Below are positions 48,881 through 63,890 of a DNA stretch of 64,000 nt, one piece after another. The notes under the pieces were generated by a model that worked only from the letters and a program-made list of their open reading frames with translations, searched no databases and was not told where the DNA came from. Origin of the DNA: Octopus vulgaris (Eukaryota); assembly GCA_951406725.2 (NCBI GenBank), contig OX597817.1, positions 76,570,001 to 76,634,000 on the forward strand, in the 5' to 3' direction. Made by a program: the position numbers and the translations under genes. How positions within the stretch are numbered: position 1 is the stretch's first letter; each line of letters opens with the position of its first letter.

Positions 48881-50745
48881 ATATGTTTGGGCTTTTTCGT
48901 TCTATTTGTACAAGTTTACTCCAAGTCTCACCCAGAGACCTAGAGACAACAAGTTAGAAGTTCAAGTTGGTGTTATGACAAGGGTGCCACTTATTTGGTT
49001 TTGCACAGAGTATTGTTCTAGAGAATGTCTGTAAAAACATAAGAAAATTCGAAGTTTGATTTAAAAGTAATTTGACTATAAGATGATAGCCTGATGTTAA
49101 GATTACAGTAAAAGGTGTTTGCTGTTATGTACACTTAAAAGTAATTTAACATTGTTTACGGATTAAAATATTTCGGGTATTAAATCGGCAATACTTTACG
49201 CAAGATATAGCCAATTCCCATGGGTACTATTTTTTTGAATTTTTTCCATTTTTGGATTTCCTGGCATCTGAGCTAGGTAGCACTCAGCCCCTTTTGTAAT
49301 CATTCCTATGACAACAGGTATTGTTTTAGTCTTGAGGTTCACCATTTTGCCAATTTCTATTTCAAAATGTTTATACTTGCTCAGCTTTTGGTAGGCCTTG
49401 ACAGATACATTTATGTCGATTAGGACAGTCATATCGATGAAGAGGCGTAATATCTGGCCTATTTGTATCTATCTTCATGTCAATTTGAACGGTGAAGTTC
49501 CAAAAGAGTGGGATGCTGTCATTTTCAAACATTGGTGGTCGTTTGTGTTCCCACCAGTTTTTGTCATTGGGCAGATCCAAGTCGTTGTAAATTACCCAGT
49601 GAATATACTATGCTGCTTTGTCATGCTTGTTGAGATACTCCGTAGGCGCAAGAAGACTGTACTCGGAGGCAACATGATCAATGGTTTCATTTTGTTGCTT
49701 ACATACACGACATGTTGGGCTACTACCGTTCTTTAAGATATTGGCCTGGTAGCTACATGTAGATAAGCATTGCTCCTGGGCTTCTGCTTCTGATTTTAAA
49801 CCAGAAGACGCTAACCATCTATGAGTAAGAGCTTTGTCAATATCGGCATTATTAGCTCTCTTTGGGTATTTACCATTGAGAGGTTTTGCTTGCTATTCAT
49901 CATTAAGAATATCTAAGGCAGTAATTTTAGCAGAGGTTTTCATACGCTTAGCATTTTCTGGGCTTGTTTCCAGTACGTCTAATTCTGGGGTTTGTTGTAT
50001 CTGGAATTCACTTAGCTGTTTCTTTGCCTGTTTTGTTATTAAGTACGATGTTTTCTTGTTTTCATGTTTTAATACAAGATTTTAACATCTAATCATCAGT
50101 TTTCAGGTAGGTATTTAGGCCAATTGTAAAAGTCCACGGCCACCCTCTTTTTTTAGTAGGTAAAGTCGTTCTATATCTGCCTTAGAGTGGTGCATTCTAT
50201 GCATTGTCAACAACTTTCGTATTTTTCGATCAATATTACAGATTTCAGTAACTGACCAGTTAATAATATTGAAATTGTAAGTCACGACCGGTATGGCTAA
50301 AGCATTGATGGCTTCGATCCTGTTTTTTTGCATTCAGCTGTGTCTTGAGTATTGCCTTTATCCTGAAATATCATTCCTTTCTAATCTTTTCCCTCGTCAT
50401 TGAATTTTTGATTCCATCACTTTTAGACACCCCTAGGTATATGTAGCTCTCAGCTGGCGCCAACTCCTTTATGACATTCTGTTGGTCAAGATCTATGTTG
50501 AATGTTTCTACCATTTTTCTCTGATAAAGGTAGCTTTTGCACATTTAACGAGTCCAAATTTCATCCTGATATCATCACCGAACTGTTTAACACTTGCCAG
50601 TAAGCCTTCTAATTGTTGGTAATTTTTTGCAAAGAGTTTTAAATCATCCATATAAAAAAGATAATTTATATTTTTCTCAAAAATTTTATAGCCGTATCAT
50701 CGAGCAATTTCGAAAGTGGTATTAAGGCTAGACAAAAGACTTTTT
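48881..50745 (-). mobile_element. 5'-truncated, decayed relative of R4/Dong subfamily A
   Basis: FYMDDLKLFA, NRIEAINALAIPVVTY, KEGGRGLLQLA, KNWWEHK, NRPDI; 3' UTR CTCCAAGTCTCACCCAGAGACCT shared with the intact copy. Confidence 0.93.
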
Positions 50746-50746
50746 A

Positions 50747-50747
<1 letters not shown>

Positions 50748-50812
<65 letters not shown>

Positions 50813-50826
50813 GCTGCTGCTGCTGT

Positions 50827-50860
<34 letters not shown>

Positions 50861-50898
50861 ACCGTCGCCTCTCCTCCTTATACTACTTATACTACTAC
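50748..50898. repeat. (CTA)n-(CTG)n microsatellite at the 5' junction of the decayed Dong copy
   Basis: Direct reading. Confidence 0.9.
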
Positions 50899-51289
50899 TG
50901 AATCTTTTCTGTTTTGCTGCACCTGTGGAAATTACACAGTTTAGCGAAATTTTTTTAATTTGGTGTATTGATGTGATTTTCCACGCTAAATCTCGGCGTG
51001 ATATTTTTCTTTATCCAGAATAACTTTTTAAAAGGGTTACAGAAGTTTAAAGTTTGATCATATTTTTACCCTGTCAGAAAACAGGATTTGGAAGCTATCG
51101 TTTTGTGCGTGACTGCACGTGTTGTCAACTGTAAACAAATGAAATATTGGCGGAATTCTGCTTTTTAACGCACGACATGAATTTCATGTCAATGATTCGC
51201 ATAAAAAACTACATCATTACACCTAATACAAAATCAATTGGAACAAAAATTGAAGAAATTGAAAAGTGGCAACCAAACAGAAAAGATCC

Positions 51290-51869
<580 letters not shown>

Positions 51870-52194
51870 ATGCGGTTATACTTAATGCAACACGAGACGA
51901 ATTATTTTGTTTTGATATTGTTTCTATTCAGCATTCCTAATCGCGCATGACTATTATTCAGGACGTTCTAAGCCTGGCCATCCTGGTTTGCTTGTATATC
52001 CAATGTTTCCTTCGCTTTTTAAAGCAGTGGAATGTGATGCGTTTGGTTGTTATGTCTAGCGGGTTTGCCGGTGAGAGGTACTACTATGTTGGTGATGGTG
52101 ACTGAGTGATGGTAGTAATGGTCATATTAGTGGTAGCCTTGGTAACTGAGGGAGGGGGCTGATAGATTTTGGAGTAGATGCAACAGCAGGACCA

Positions 52195-52785
52195 GTAGAA
52201 GGAGAAGGAAGAGAAGAATAGGATGAAGCAAATTAATTGAGAGAAGGAAAAGAAAAGGGAAAGGTGGAGTAAGAAGACAATGAAGAAAATACAACGAAGA
52301 AGAAAAAGAAGTAGGAAAAGAGAAAAAGGTAAGGAGAAGGATGACGAGAAAGAAGAATAAAAGAAAAACAGAAGATGAAGAAGAGGAGGAAGAACTGAAG
52401 AAAGATAAAGGAAAAGGAGAGGTAGAAGAAAAGAAGAATAGAAGGAAGGCAACGACGAAGAAAAAAGAGTAGAAAAGAAGAAAGAGGTGTAGGGGAGGAG
52501 GCGGAGGAAGAGGTGGAGGAGAAAGATGAAAGAAAAAGAGAAAAAGAATAGTGAGAAGAATAGAAGGAAGAAGGATACAACGAAGAAGAAAAAGAAGTAG
52601 GAAAAGAGTAAGAGATGTAGGAGGAGGAAGAAGAAAGAAGAAGGAAAGAAGAGAGATAGAAGGAAGAAGAGGGAAGAGAGTAAGAGGAAGAAAAAGAAGA
52701 CAAAGAAGATGAAAGAAAGTATTTGAAGAGAAGGAAAAGAAGAAAGAGGTAGAAGGCGAAGATGAAGGAAGGGAATAGAAAGAAT
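52195..52785. repeat. About 600-bp purine-rich degenerate (GAA)-type tract
   Basis: Almost only A and G on the plus strand. Confidence 0.85.
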
Positions 52786-53227
52786 TAATACTAGCAACAG
52801 CAGCAGCAGCAGCAGCAGTAGTAGCAGTAGCAGCAACAGTTGATGTCGAAGTAGCATCAGCAGTAGCCTTTCAGTGCCAAATCGGTTTATCTCTGAGACG
52901 GTAAAATGGCAGTTATGGCGAAATGGTGGGTGGGTGTTAACATAGGACGGTAATGGTAGGCACGGCGGGGAGCGATGGGAGTAGCGAGATGGAGATGATT
53001 GTTGAGTGTATATGTATAGATGAGGAAAAGTTTATGCAGGAATATGTGTGAGAGTGTGTGTGTGTATTTTGAGTGTTCTTGTATATCTACATGTGTGTAA
53101 GCGTGTATTGTGAATGTGTATGATTTATTGTGACTGTGTGTGTCTGTGCATATGTGTATAAAGGAGAAACGAGGAGCATATGTAGAATTGGAGTAGTGGA
53201 TACATACGCGCACACACAAACATAGAG

Positions 53228-53302
<75 letters not shown>

Positions 53303-53563
53303 TATTAATATGATTCTGTTTCATATTTGCATAATGGCCAATTTACCTATCGGTTTCATGCCAGGAGCTGAGAGAAATCCCAGCAATCGTCAGAAAAGGC
53401 TAAAAGGAGCGTTATGGCGTGGACGCCCTGCCATTACTAATACCACTATATCTACTATATCCACCTTTATTCTGATTTATAGAGGTTTAAGTACATTATA
53501 TGTATGTATCTCTCTCTCTCACTCTCTCTCTTTCTATATATATTATAAATATTTATATATGTA

Positions 53564-53626
<63 letters not shown>

Positions 53627-53778
53627 ATAAAGGTTTTTGTATAATGACGCAATGTAATAGGTATGTATGTCATGTACCCGGTTTGGTTTATTATTAAACC
53701 CCGGCTTAAACTGCAACTGAAGCAGGTTGGTGATGAGGTGTCTATCAAAGATGACTAGAAGTGGTTTATAAAGAGCTA

Positions 53779-53842
<64 letters not shown>

Positions 53843-53874
53843 TATTATTATTTTTTTTATCATTCAGGTCACTG

Positions 53875-54000
<126 letters not shown>

Positions 54001-54031
54001 TAATAATAATAATAACAACAACAACAACAAC

Positions 54032-54202
54032 ATTGAAAAATACCTTGGGAATGAGAACCCAGCTTCGAAATTTCTCCAAGACACCTGATGAAGCCGAAAC
54101 GTTGTGTTAACAACAAACAAGATGAGGACAAATATCCGTCAAATGTACATAATGTAAATAATGTAAATAATGTACATAATTCCTCACCTCTTGAATATAG
54201 AA
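54032..54202 (+). mobile_element. Penelope-like terminal fragment containing a hammerhead core
   Basis: GACAC-CTGATGA-AGCC-GAAACGTT-GTGTT at 54080-54108; follows (AAT)n(AAC)n. Confidence 0.6.
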
Positions 54203-54794
54203 CGGTATTTAATTCATAATTTAAACATTGTGCAGAGTAATTATAGTATGTAAGAAAAGTCTCGTGCTGCTTTTTCTAGAATAGCTAAGCATGTGGAGAA
54301 TATGCTATTGAGCAAGTATTTGCAAGTAAGTTAATTAACAGTCATCGGAGCGAAATAAACAAAGAATAATTATTATCAAGGATATTAGTAGCTACTAGTT
54401 CGTTGAAGAACTATGTAGTGTTCAAGATGGAAACATTATAGTGGTTGGTAGAGATGTACGATTTATTAACATCTAATTGTATAAAGGGCATTTCTGTCAT
54501 CATCATGACATTAAAAATGGATTAGATTGAAAATAGTGAAAGTTACTGAAGTTGCTCTGCATTTACATCAAATAATCTTGAAAAACTGTTTGTTTTCAAA
54601 TTTGTGACGAATACCATACATGAGTCTACGTTTCCTGAAGTCATATCTATACTTAGAAATGGTGACAATGTCGGAAATGTTGAAAAATGGACATTTAAGT
54701 TTCTGAGAAATCTTGACGTGATAGAGCAAAATGTATTTTACTTCTGAAATTAGATCTCCAAAATTACTAGGAAACGTGTCTCCAATACCAGACA

Positions 54795-55785
54795 ACAAAA
54801 ACCATGAACTCCAGAGAAATTTTAGGCTTGTAACTTTGCTAAACGCAGATTAAACGATTTGAGTCAAGGCGTTACCCAAAAGGTTGGTACTTGTCGATAA
54901 ACTAGTCGGGACTTGCATACGAGCGCTATCCCAAACACCTATCCACGACAACTTCCACTTCTCATGTTACATCATAGAGGGGGTATGTAAGGAACCTGGC
55001 ATATGTGCAGCCCTGATCAATTCGGATCAATCAAAAGCTCTTTATAGGTTCATCCATCAAAGCTTGGAGGCTGTCTAAACGGGAGTCGGTTTCGGACTCG
55101 TTGTCAAAGGTTGGATCGCTGCAATATACAATGACATCCACTCAGTAGTTAAAGTAAATGGCTAGCGATCAGAATTGTTTAGCATCGCACGTTCAGTCTG
55201 TCAAAAATGCTCACTCTCGCCCCGGATGTACCTGCTGACTCTCGAACCATTGCTACAGAGTATTTCGAGGGGCATCTCGCGAGAACTAGGATGCGAAAGA
55301 TTCGTGTCATCTTTTGCGGACGCTGTCACCATAATAGTGTCGGACATCTTGAAAATCGAGGTGATCTGAAGTGACTTAAGTGAGTATGAAGCGGTGACAG
55401 GAGCAAAAATTAGCCAGATGTTGGTGGGCTTGTAGCACAGCACTTGGAGAGGCAGGCCCATGCCGACCGACAGTGTCGTAGGGCACAGGATGAAAGGACC
55501 AGTTAAATTGCTCGGGGTCTGGTTTGTTCCGGACCTCCAGGTGGACAAGTCCTTGGGGGAGGTGACGAATAATCAAGAAGCTGTCCCTGAAGGGTCGGAT
55601 GAAAGTTACGGAGGCTCAGGTTGATTAGGATGTGTGGCATTCCTTGGTTGACCCTGCGCAAAACCCCCTCCTTTTGGGGGAATTTGTTTAAATTTTGTTG
55701 TTAATTATTAATTTTTTTATTGTTTACACGTACTTGTTTTGTATCTTCCTTTAGTTTTTGAGTTTGGCCCTTGTGTCCAATAAGG
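54795..55785 (+). pseudogene. Decayed, internally deleted Tx1-type LINE (RT domains plus 3' UTR-like end)
   Basis: NFRLVTLLNAD, DQSKA, SVCQKCSLSPRMYLLTLEPLL, SFADAVT, YEAVTGAKI, KLLGVWF; end GCCCTTGTGTCCAATAA resembles 950-968. Confidence 0.85.
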
Positions 55786-55789
55786 TAAA

Positions 55790-55930
55790 GCTGTTAGAGT
55801 TGACAGCACGCCAGACAAAGTGCTTTGCGCATCTTTACGTTCAGAATTCAAATTCCTCCGGGGTCGACTTTCCTCGCCATCTCGTCGGGATCGATTAGGT
55901 AAGTACCTGTTCAGTACTGGAATTAATGCG
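55790..55930 (+). mobile_element. Diverged SINE family B copy
   Basis: TTACGTTCAGAATTCAAATTCC..GTCGACTTT. Confidence 0.6.
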
Positions 55931-56089
55931 TTCTAAATACTCCTTCTCTAAAAAAACTATTGCTCGCCTTCTGCTAAAATAAGAAACCATTGAAATACAT
56001 AAATAAAAATAAGCAGTAGAGCGCAATATAAAACGATGAAGTAACAACTTAATTGTCACCCGTAATCACAATTAGTGACGATTTAATTA

Positions 56090-56159
<70 letters not shown>

Positions 56160-56483
56160 TAGAAAATTGTAATTTAGGATATTCAAGAGAAATAGCACCC
56201 AAAACTTGACTCTAGAACCACATTTAATGTTCATACAGCACCAGGAGATTTAAACATATATATTATTGTTTTTGTATTCAAAAGGTCATTCCCAAACTCT
56301 CACAAAACCAGGTACTGCATGAACATTTAATGTCGTTTTAGAGTCAGGTTTTGGCTGCTATTTCCAGCGTGGTCGTATCTCTTAGACACCCTAAATTATA
56401 ATTTTAAAATAATTATCACCCTTGAAGGTTTTTATTCCCATGGTGGCCACTTGATAAGATCGATATTTAAATAACGATCTTAT

Positions 56484-56558
<75 letters not shown>

Positions 56559-56590
56559 CATACACACACACGTACATATGGATAAGAAGG

Positions 56591-56673
<83 letters not shown>

Positions 56674-56689
56674 ATAGAATATAGATTGG

Positions 56690-57040
56690 CTACGATGCAA
56701 AGGCTATGGAAAAGTCTATACTGGGAATATCATTACGACAGCACATTCGAAATGAAATAATTCTAGAACAGAGTGGAGTGAACGATGCGATTGCAGAGTA
56801 CAAGGAAGCACAAGCTCCGCTGGGCTTGATTTGATATCTTGCAAGGTACACAGACAACGGGTGGACCCGTTACCCGTGTGGTATCCAAGAGATCGGAAAA
56901 GGCCACATGGAAGGCCTCTACTGCGATGGCAAGACGATTCGCTCAAGCAATTTGAATGAAGATGGAAAAGACAAAATTGGACGCACATTGTGACCAGCGG
57001 TGTATAACAGCCCCTGATAGTCTGGTGCATACTATGATAC
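56690..57040 (+). mobile_element. RTE-clade LINE 3' fragment
   Basis: [53 protein letters not shown]. Confidence 0.8.
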
Positions 57041-58341
57041 TGTGATGCTGTGAAATACACATGCGCGCGCACACACACACACACACACACACAACACACA
57101 CACAAACACAAACACACACACACAAACACGCACACACACACACAAACACAAACACAGACACACACTCACAAACACACACTCACACGCACACATGTAATTG
57201 TATGCGTTAATGTATTTGCCTATATGATTGTATATTTGTGCATGCCTATGCTTGTGCATGAGTGTGTTTATGTGTGTGTGTCTGTGTTTGTGTGTGTGAG
57301 TATGTGTATGTGTTTGTGTGTGTGTGCGTGTGTGCGTGTGTGTGTTTGTGCATGTTTATTTAGCTAATAAACTGGGTGAGTCAAACAGTAAATTACGATA
57401 TCAATGCTTAATACATACATTAAGCATTTACTCCCATGCGTACATATGTATAACGTATGCATCTATCCGTGAGTATATACGTATGTATGTACGTCTGTAT
57501 ACATGTATGCATATATGCATGTATGTATGTATGTATGTTTGTATGCATGTATGTATGTATGTATGTATGTATGTATGTATGTATGTATGTATGTATGTAT
57601 GTACGTATGCATGTGTGCATGAAAGGCCATCCTCTCTTGGTACTGTTAAATATTTCTTATGTTGATTAATGAACAGAGTTCTTTGAGAATATCTTGCCAA
57701 TGTAAACAAAAAGAAATTGCTGAGGGAAATTATAGCCTATAACTTGTAAGAAACAATTAAGTGAGCGAGGCGGTGGCTTCAGTTTAATATTGTTCAGAGA
57801 TGAAGCCGTATCATGTTCTGTTTTGCAGAGGTGGATAGTAACGCCATCGAACAACACTACGATGCTAAGTTACTTTAGCCGTGAAGTTCGTGTATAAAGC
57901 CTTAGTCGAATAAAGCTGAGAGATGGACAAGCTTTGTCAGCGGATTCTTAATAAATAACAGTTTTGTTAAAGATCTCAGGGAAGTGATCGGCGTGGTGCG
58001 CAGCCAAGCAGATGGTTGCGTGGTAGAGTTGGGAAGAATAAGCTGCAATAGAATACCTTGAGGAATTTGAGAATAGCAGTTGACGGGGTTATAACCGTCA
58101 CAAATTTTTTTTTCTTAGTATGAGGTGGTTTTCTTATTTCGCGTTAAAAATAGAGAAATATAGGTATGTATATGTGTGTATGTATATGTGTGCGTGTATA
58201 TATATATATATATATATGTAAATATATATATATATGTATGTATATATATATGTATATATAAGTGTCTATATATATCTAAACATTTATATGTATATAAATA
58301 CATATATATATATAGATAGATAGATATAGATATACATACAC

Positions 58342-58376
<35 letters not shown>

Positions 58377-58460
58377 CATATAATATGTATATATATATAC
58401 ATATATATATATGCATACATATACATATATATATATATGCATATGTATATATATGCACAC

Positions 58461-58506
<46 letters not shown>

Positions 58507-58604
58507 ACATATATGTATATATATATATATATATTTGTATGTATATATATATGTATGTGTGTATATGTATATATATACATACACATGTATATATATACGC
58601 ATGG

Positions 58605-58647
<43 letters not shown>

Positions 58648-59544
58648 AATATAATATGTATGTATATATATGTGTGTGCGTGTGTATGTGTATATATATA
58701 TATAGATATATATATATATAGAGAGAGAGAGAGGGGGGAGAGAGAGAAGAGAGAGAGAGAGAGAGTAAAAGAATGGGTGGGTGACGTAAGAGAGAGTAGA
58801 TAGATTCAGGCACGCAAAAAGAAATTGAATGTTTTGCTGAGGTGTGAGACCATCTGTGTAATGCATACTATTTCAAAGCGTTTGCTGGAATGTTGACAGA
58901 CCCTACCGATCGCCTTAGCCACTAAAGAATCTGTCGTATTTGACTTCAGTGAGCACAGAAATATGAAGTGAGCGAATTGGTGGCGTTTTTATGTTTGCGG
59001 AAAGCCATGCGAGTCAAAACTGGCATCGGATGTGACAGGCTTGTCTGAAAGAGTTTTGTCGGAATTGACAAGTGGATGGTTGGAGGTTTAAGAAAAGTTA
59101 AGTGATATCCTTTTGGCAAAGAGCTAAGCTAATCAAATACAATTAAGAATGCTTCAAGATTTGACTCATACCTAGAAACACGATAAAAAATAATAAAAAT
59201 GCACAATTTTGCTCCTAAAAGGGTTCTCTTGCATGTGTTACACTTCAGTGGGTTACATTATGTGGCAGCGAATTGGTGAAAACATTATTACAGTGGCGGA
59301 TAGAAAGCATTGTGCTAATTGTTAAGTCTTTCTGTGCCTTGTGTTCAAATTCCAGCGAGGTCACTTTTGCCTTTCATCCTTTGGGGGTCGATAAACAAAG
59401 CAGCGCGCAAATATTTGGATTATTATTTCCCACTCTGTTTTCTCTCCAACCCTCTGTCTGTCTGTCTGTCTCTCTCGGAGTTGTGTTATAGCTAACAAGA
59501 TACGGTCTTCCATCTTCTATCTTTCGCTTATTTATTAGACTGCG

Positions 59545-59908
59545 ACCATCCAATGGGCTACCTTATAGGATGCAGTCGAGCAAATCAACCCCAGTACTTG
59601 TTTGTGAGCCTGGTACTTATTTTATCGGTTTCTTTTACCGAGCCTCTACGTTACAATGACGTTAACAAACCGACATGGCTTTCAAGCGGTAGTCGGGGAC
59701 AAACACGAATACAAAGATACACGCATACACACATAAGAAACATACACGTCCACACAAACAAATATACACGACAGAGTTCTTTCAGTTTCCGTTTACCAAA
59801 TCTACTCTCTAAGGTTTTGATCGGTGCCCAAAGTGCCGCGTAGTGGGCCTGAATCCAAGTCCATATTGTTGGAAAGTAAGCTTATTAGCACACAACCACA
59901 TCTGCTCC
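59545..59908 (-). mobile_element. Diverged SINE family A copy
   Basis: TCTTTCAGTTTCCGT..CCAAATC, GTGCCGCGTAGTGGG..TGAA. Confidence 0.8.
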
Positions 59909-60761
59909 TATAGCTATGTAACAATCTCTCCCCATCAAAGAAAAAACAGAGAAAAAAGAAAACAGGAAACGAAGGCATCGAAGTGATAATGGTGCCGAGA
60001 AAGTAAGAAGAAACAAGGAACTGCATTACTTTATTTTACAAACTCTTACCATTCAGTAAAGACCGTTAAAAACATTCTAAATATTCAGACGTCAATATTC
60101 TATATATCTGGCTGAATAGTTACCACACTAAACAAAATGCTTAGCAGTATTTCGTCTGTCTTTACGTTCCAAGTCCAATTTCCGCCGAGGTCGACTTTGC
60201 ATTTCGTCTATTCAATATTCTATGTCTCAATGATTCTACAAAATTACTTGAAATCTGTATGTTCATCAGAGCGACGAGGACCACCTAGTTAACCTTAAGG
60301 ATAACTTATTACTCGCGTTGTGACTTTATTTAAAGTAAAGGCAGAGTTGCACACCATCAATCTCACTCTTTCGTCTATAACCATTTTTAATCCAGTGGGA
60401 AGAGTAGGTCAAGACAACTGGGGATAGAGACATACTGTGGGTGACGAAAATGTTTTGCGGCATCTTGCTTGACAATGCATTGCTGCAGTCGCCTTCCTCT
60501 CTTTTGAACCATGAAGATTTCTTCCGCAGAGTCTGCCGGAACCGGTCTTCACTTGCGTAAGCAGGCAAGCCCTAATATGCTTATTTATCCATAGCAGGGA
60601 CCCTGAAAATTGCTACTACTCCAGGTCAGAGTACATCTTGGAACAATAGCGGTGGTTCCACACTCTTCAAGACCATGGAACTCCTTAACCATGGCTCCCC
60701 AATTTATGCAGTTCAAAGTCATATGCTGTTTAAAGTCATAGTCCCGACAATGTAATTAGTC

Positions 60762-61165
60762 TTTACTCTCTTTTACTCTTTTACTTGTTTCAGTCATTTG
60801 ACTGCGGCCATGCTAGAGAACCGCTTTTAGTCAAGCAAATCGACCCCAGGACTTATTCTTTGTAACCCTAGTACTTATTCTATCGGTCTCTTTTGCCGAA
60901 CCGCTAAGTTACGGGAACGTAAATACACCAGCATCGGTTGTCAAGCGATGTTAGGGGGACAAACACAGATACACAACATATACACACACATACATACATA
61001 TATATGATGTGCTTCTTTCAGTTTCCGTCTGCCAAATCCACTCACAAGACTTTGGTCAGCCCGAGGCTATAGTAGAAGACACTTGCCCAAGGTGCCACGC
61101 AGTGGGACTGAACCCAGAACCGTGTGATTGGTAAACAAGCTACTTACAACTCAGCCACTCCTGCG
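60762..61165 (-). mobile_element. Full-length SINE family A copy
   Basis: (TTTTACTC) tail through CAGCCACTCCTGCG head. Confidence 0.92.
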
Positions 61166-61199
61166 TCAACATCACAAACAACATCAAGTATAACATCAA

Positions 61200-62035
61200 C
61201 ATCTCGCTGGTGGTGATGAACCACAGCTGTCTCTAGCAGTCGGGCGTCCATCATTGATAAGGGCATGGAAGACTAAAATCATGTGATCTGGTGGCCTCGG
61301 CGCTGGAGGTGGCTGCGATTTATCTCCCCACAAGTGTAAGCTTTGCATCGAAAAAAGGTGTATTGTTTGTTCTAACCGCAGTATCGTTTGTTCTGAGTGG
61401 AGATAAATATTACCTCTCAGTATTGATACTGCGACATCAGCACCTGTTCTGGTTATGTTTTTTCATACATCGTTGGCGGAGATGAATCGCTGCTATCTCT
61501 AGCGGTCGAGTGTCCATCATTGACATGACCAAGGAAGATCGAAATCACGAGGTGTGGTGGTCTCGGCGCTGGAAGTGGCGAGGATTTATCTCCTCGCTAG
61601 CAATATAAACGGGAGTGCATTTTATACCGAAAACCACTATGAGTGTTTCTGTCAAGGCAAATAATGTTTCTTCTAACAGAGCATCCACGTTTAAGTAGGG
61701 ATAAATATTTACTCTCGGCATTATTACCTCTGTCCCTAATATATAGTTTTTAACAAGCTCACTGGCTAATTGCGAGATCAGCACTTGTTTTGGCAATGTT
61801 TTTCCATACATCGCTGGTGGAGATGAATCGCTGCTATCTCTAGCAGTCGGGCGTCCATCATTGACAAGGTCATGAAAAACCGAAATCACGTGTCTGGTGT
61901 CGGCGTGGATTTATCTTCACGCTAGCGATATAAACGAGGGTACATTTTGCACCGAAAACCGGTATGAGAGGTTCTCTCATGGTAACTACCGCAGTATTGT
62001 TTGTTCCAACAGAACATCCACCTTTAAGTGTGGAT
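61200..62035. repeat. Tandem array of about 2.7 diverged 270-340-bp units
   Basis: ATCGCTGGTGG.GATGAA..CTCTAGC.GTCG.G.GTCCATCATTGA at about 61200, 61469 and 61810. Confidence 0.85.
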
Positions 62036-62561
62036 AGATAGAAACAAAATACACAATGATGAGGGAAAATCTTGCAAAAGCTACTCTCCATCTGGTTAGT
62101 AAATTTTCATAAGACTAAATAGTGAAAATATATATAACAATGAAATATTAAATATATATACTGTTTTTCCCATCCTTCGTTATGGATTCCTTCTGTTTAT
62201 CATGAAACCGATATTTTGCTTTCATCTTTTTAATTTTTCAGACTCCTTTGCTTATTTTTCTATAAGTCCCTGGGAATAATTTTGTAATATAAATTTTTCA
62301 ATTTTTTCATTTTTTTTTATTATTAATCTCACTTTCTCTCTCTTCCTCCCCCCTCTCTCTCCTCTTCTCATTATTTTAAGTCATTTCTCTCCCCGCCTCT
62401 CTCCTTAATCGCATTTTACCGTCTCACTATCACTTTCCCTTTTACTTTTTTTCCTTCTTTTTTTCTCTCTGGCTCTCTTTCTCTACTCCTTCTCTCTCTC
62501 GCCCCACTTTGTTTTTCTCAACGTTTATCTGTTTAACTTTCTCTACATCCGCCTGTTCATC

Positions 62562-62813
<252 letters not shown>

Positions 62814-62844
62814 GTGAACGTGTGTACATATGTGTGCATCTATG

Positions 62845-62875
<31 letters not shown>

Positions 62876-63483
62876 CACACATATACACATATACACGTAA
62901 ATACATGCATATAAATATAATGATTTTACTTACAATTACTAAACACACGCACACACACACATACACACACGCATACACACACACATATGCCCTGTATCTA
63001 TTTTTCCTTCCCCAGCCAATCACTTTCCAATTTCATATAATCTTCTTCTTCTTCTTCTTCTTCTTCTTCTTCTTCTTCTTCTTCTTCTTCTTCTTCTTCT
63101 TCTTCTTCTTCTTCTCCCTCTCCCCGCTTTTTTTCTCTTCTTTTTTTTCCTTTTTCTCTATTTACTCTAATCTGGTTTATAGAAGTGCCGAAGCGTAACA
63201 TATAAAGATCTAAAGATCATGTCAAAGAGTTTTTTTGCACTAGATGATGTGGCATCTGACGCTGCTGCTGCTACTGCTGCTTATGTTGCTCCTGCTATTA
63301 CTGCGCTTATTACCTTTTATTTTATTTTGTAATATTTGTTTCTATTATTTTTTTTTCAACTTTAACTTTCGTAATGAAATTTAGCAAGAACACTTGCCTC
63401 CTTTCCAGCATCCTGAGATATATGTCTTTGGAGAGACAGTACAGCCATGATTTTTTTCCGTTGTTCTTGCTCCCATTTTTATA

Positions 63484-63515
63484 CCACCACCACCACCACC
63501 ACCACCACCAACACC

Positions 63516-63584
<69 letters not shown>

Positions 63585-63694
63585 GCTACTACTACTGCTA
63601 CTACTACCAGAACTGTTGCTGCTGCTGCTCTGCTACTACAGCTGCCGCTGCTGCTAATGTTACTATTGGTGGTGGTAGTAGTACTGCTGCCGCA

Positions 63695-63729
<35 letters not shown>

Positions 63730-63857
63730 TACTACTGCTGCTGCTGCTACTACTACTACTACTACTACTTCCAGAGCCGTTGCTGCTGCTGCAACCATAG
63801 CTGCTGCTAATATTACTATTGGTGGTGGTGGTAGTGCTGTTGCTGCTACTACTACTA

Positions 63858-63888
<31 letters not shown>

Positions 63889-63890
63889 AG
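63484..63890. repeat. Compound (CAC)/(CTA)/(CTG) array with a duplicated internal block
   Basis: GCTGCTAAT(G/A)TTACTATTGGTGGTGGT at about 63650 and 63803. Confidence 0.85.

Noticed and set aside
57640-59110. Possible very old CR1/L2-type LINE remnant on the minus strand, split by (TA)n
   Set aside because: Only vague motif echoes (e.g. VNSDKT); too weak to call without a translated search
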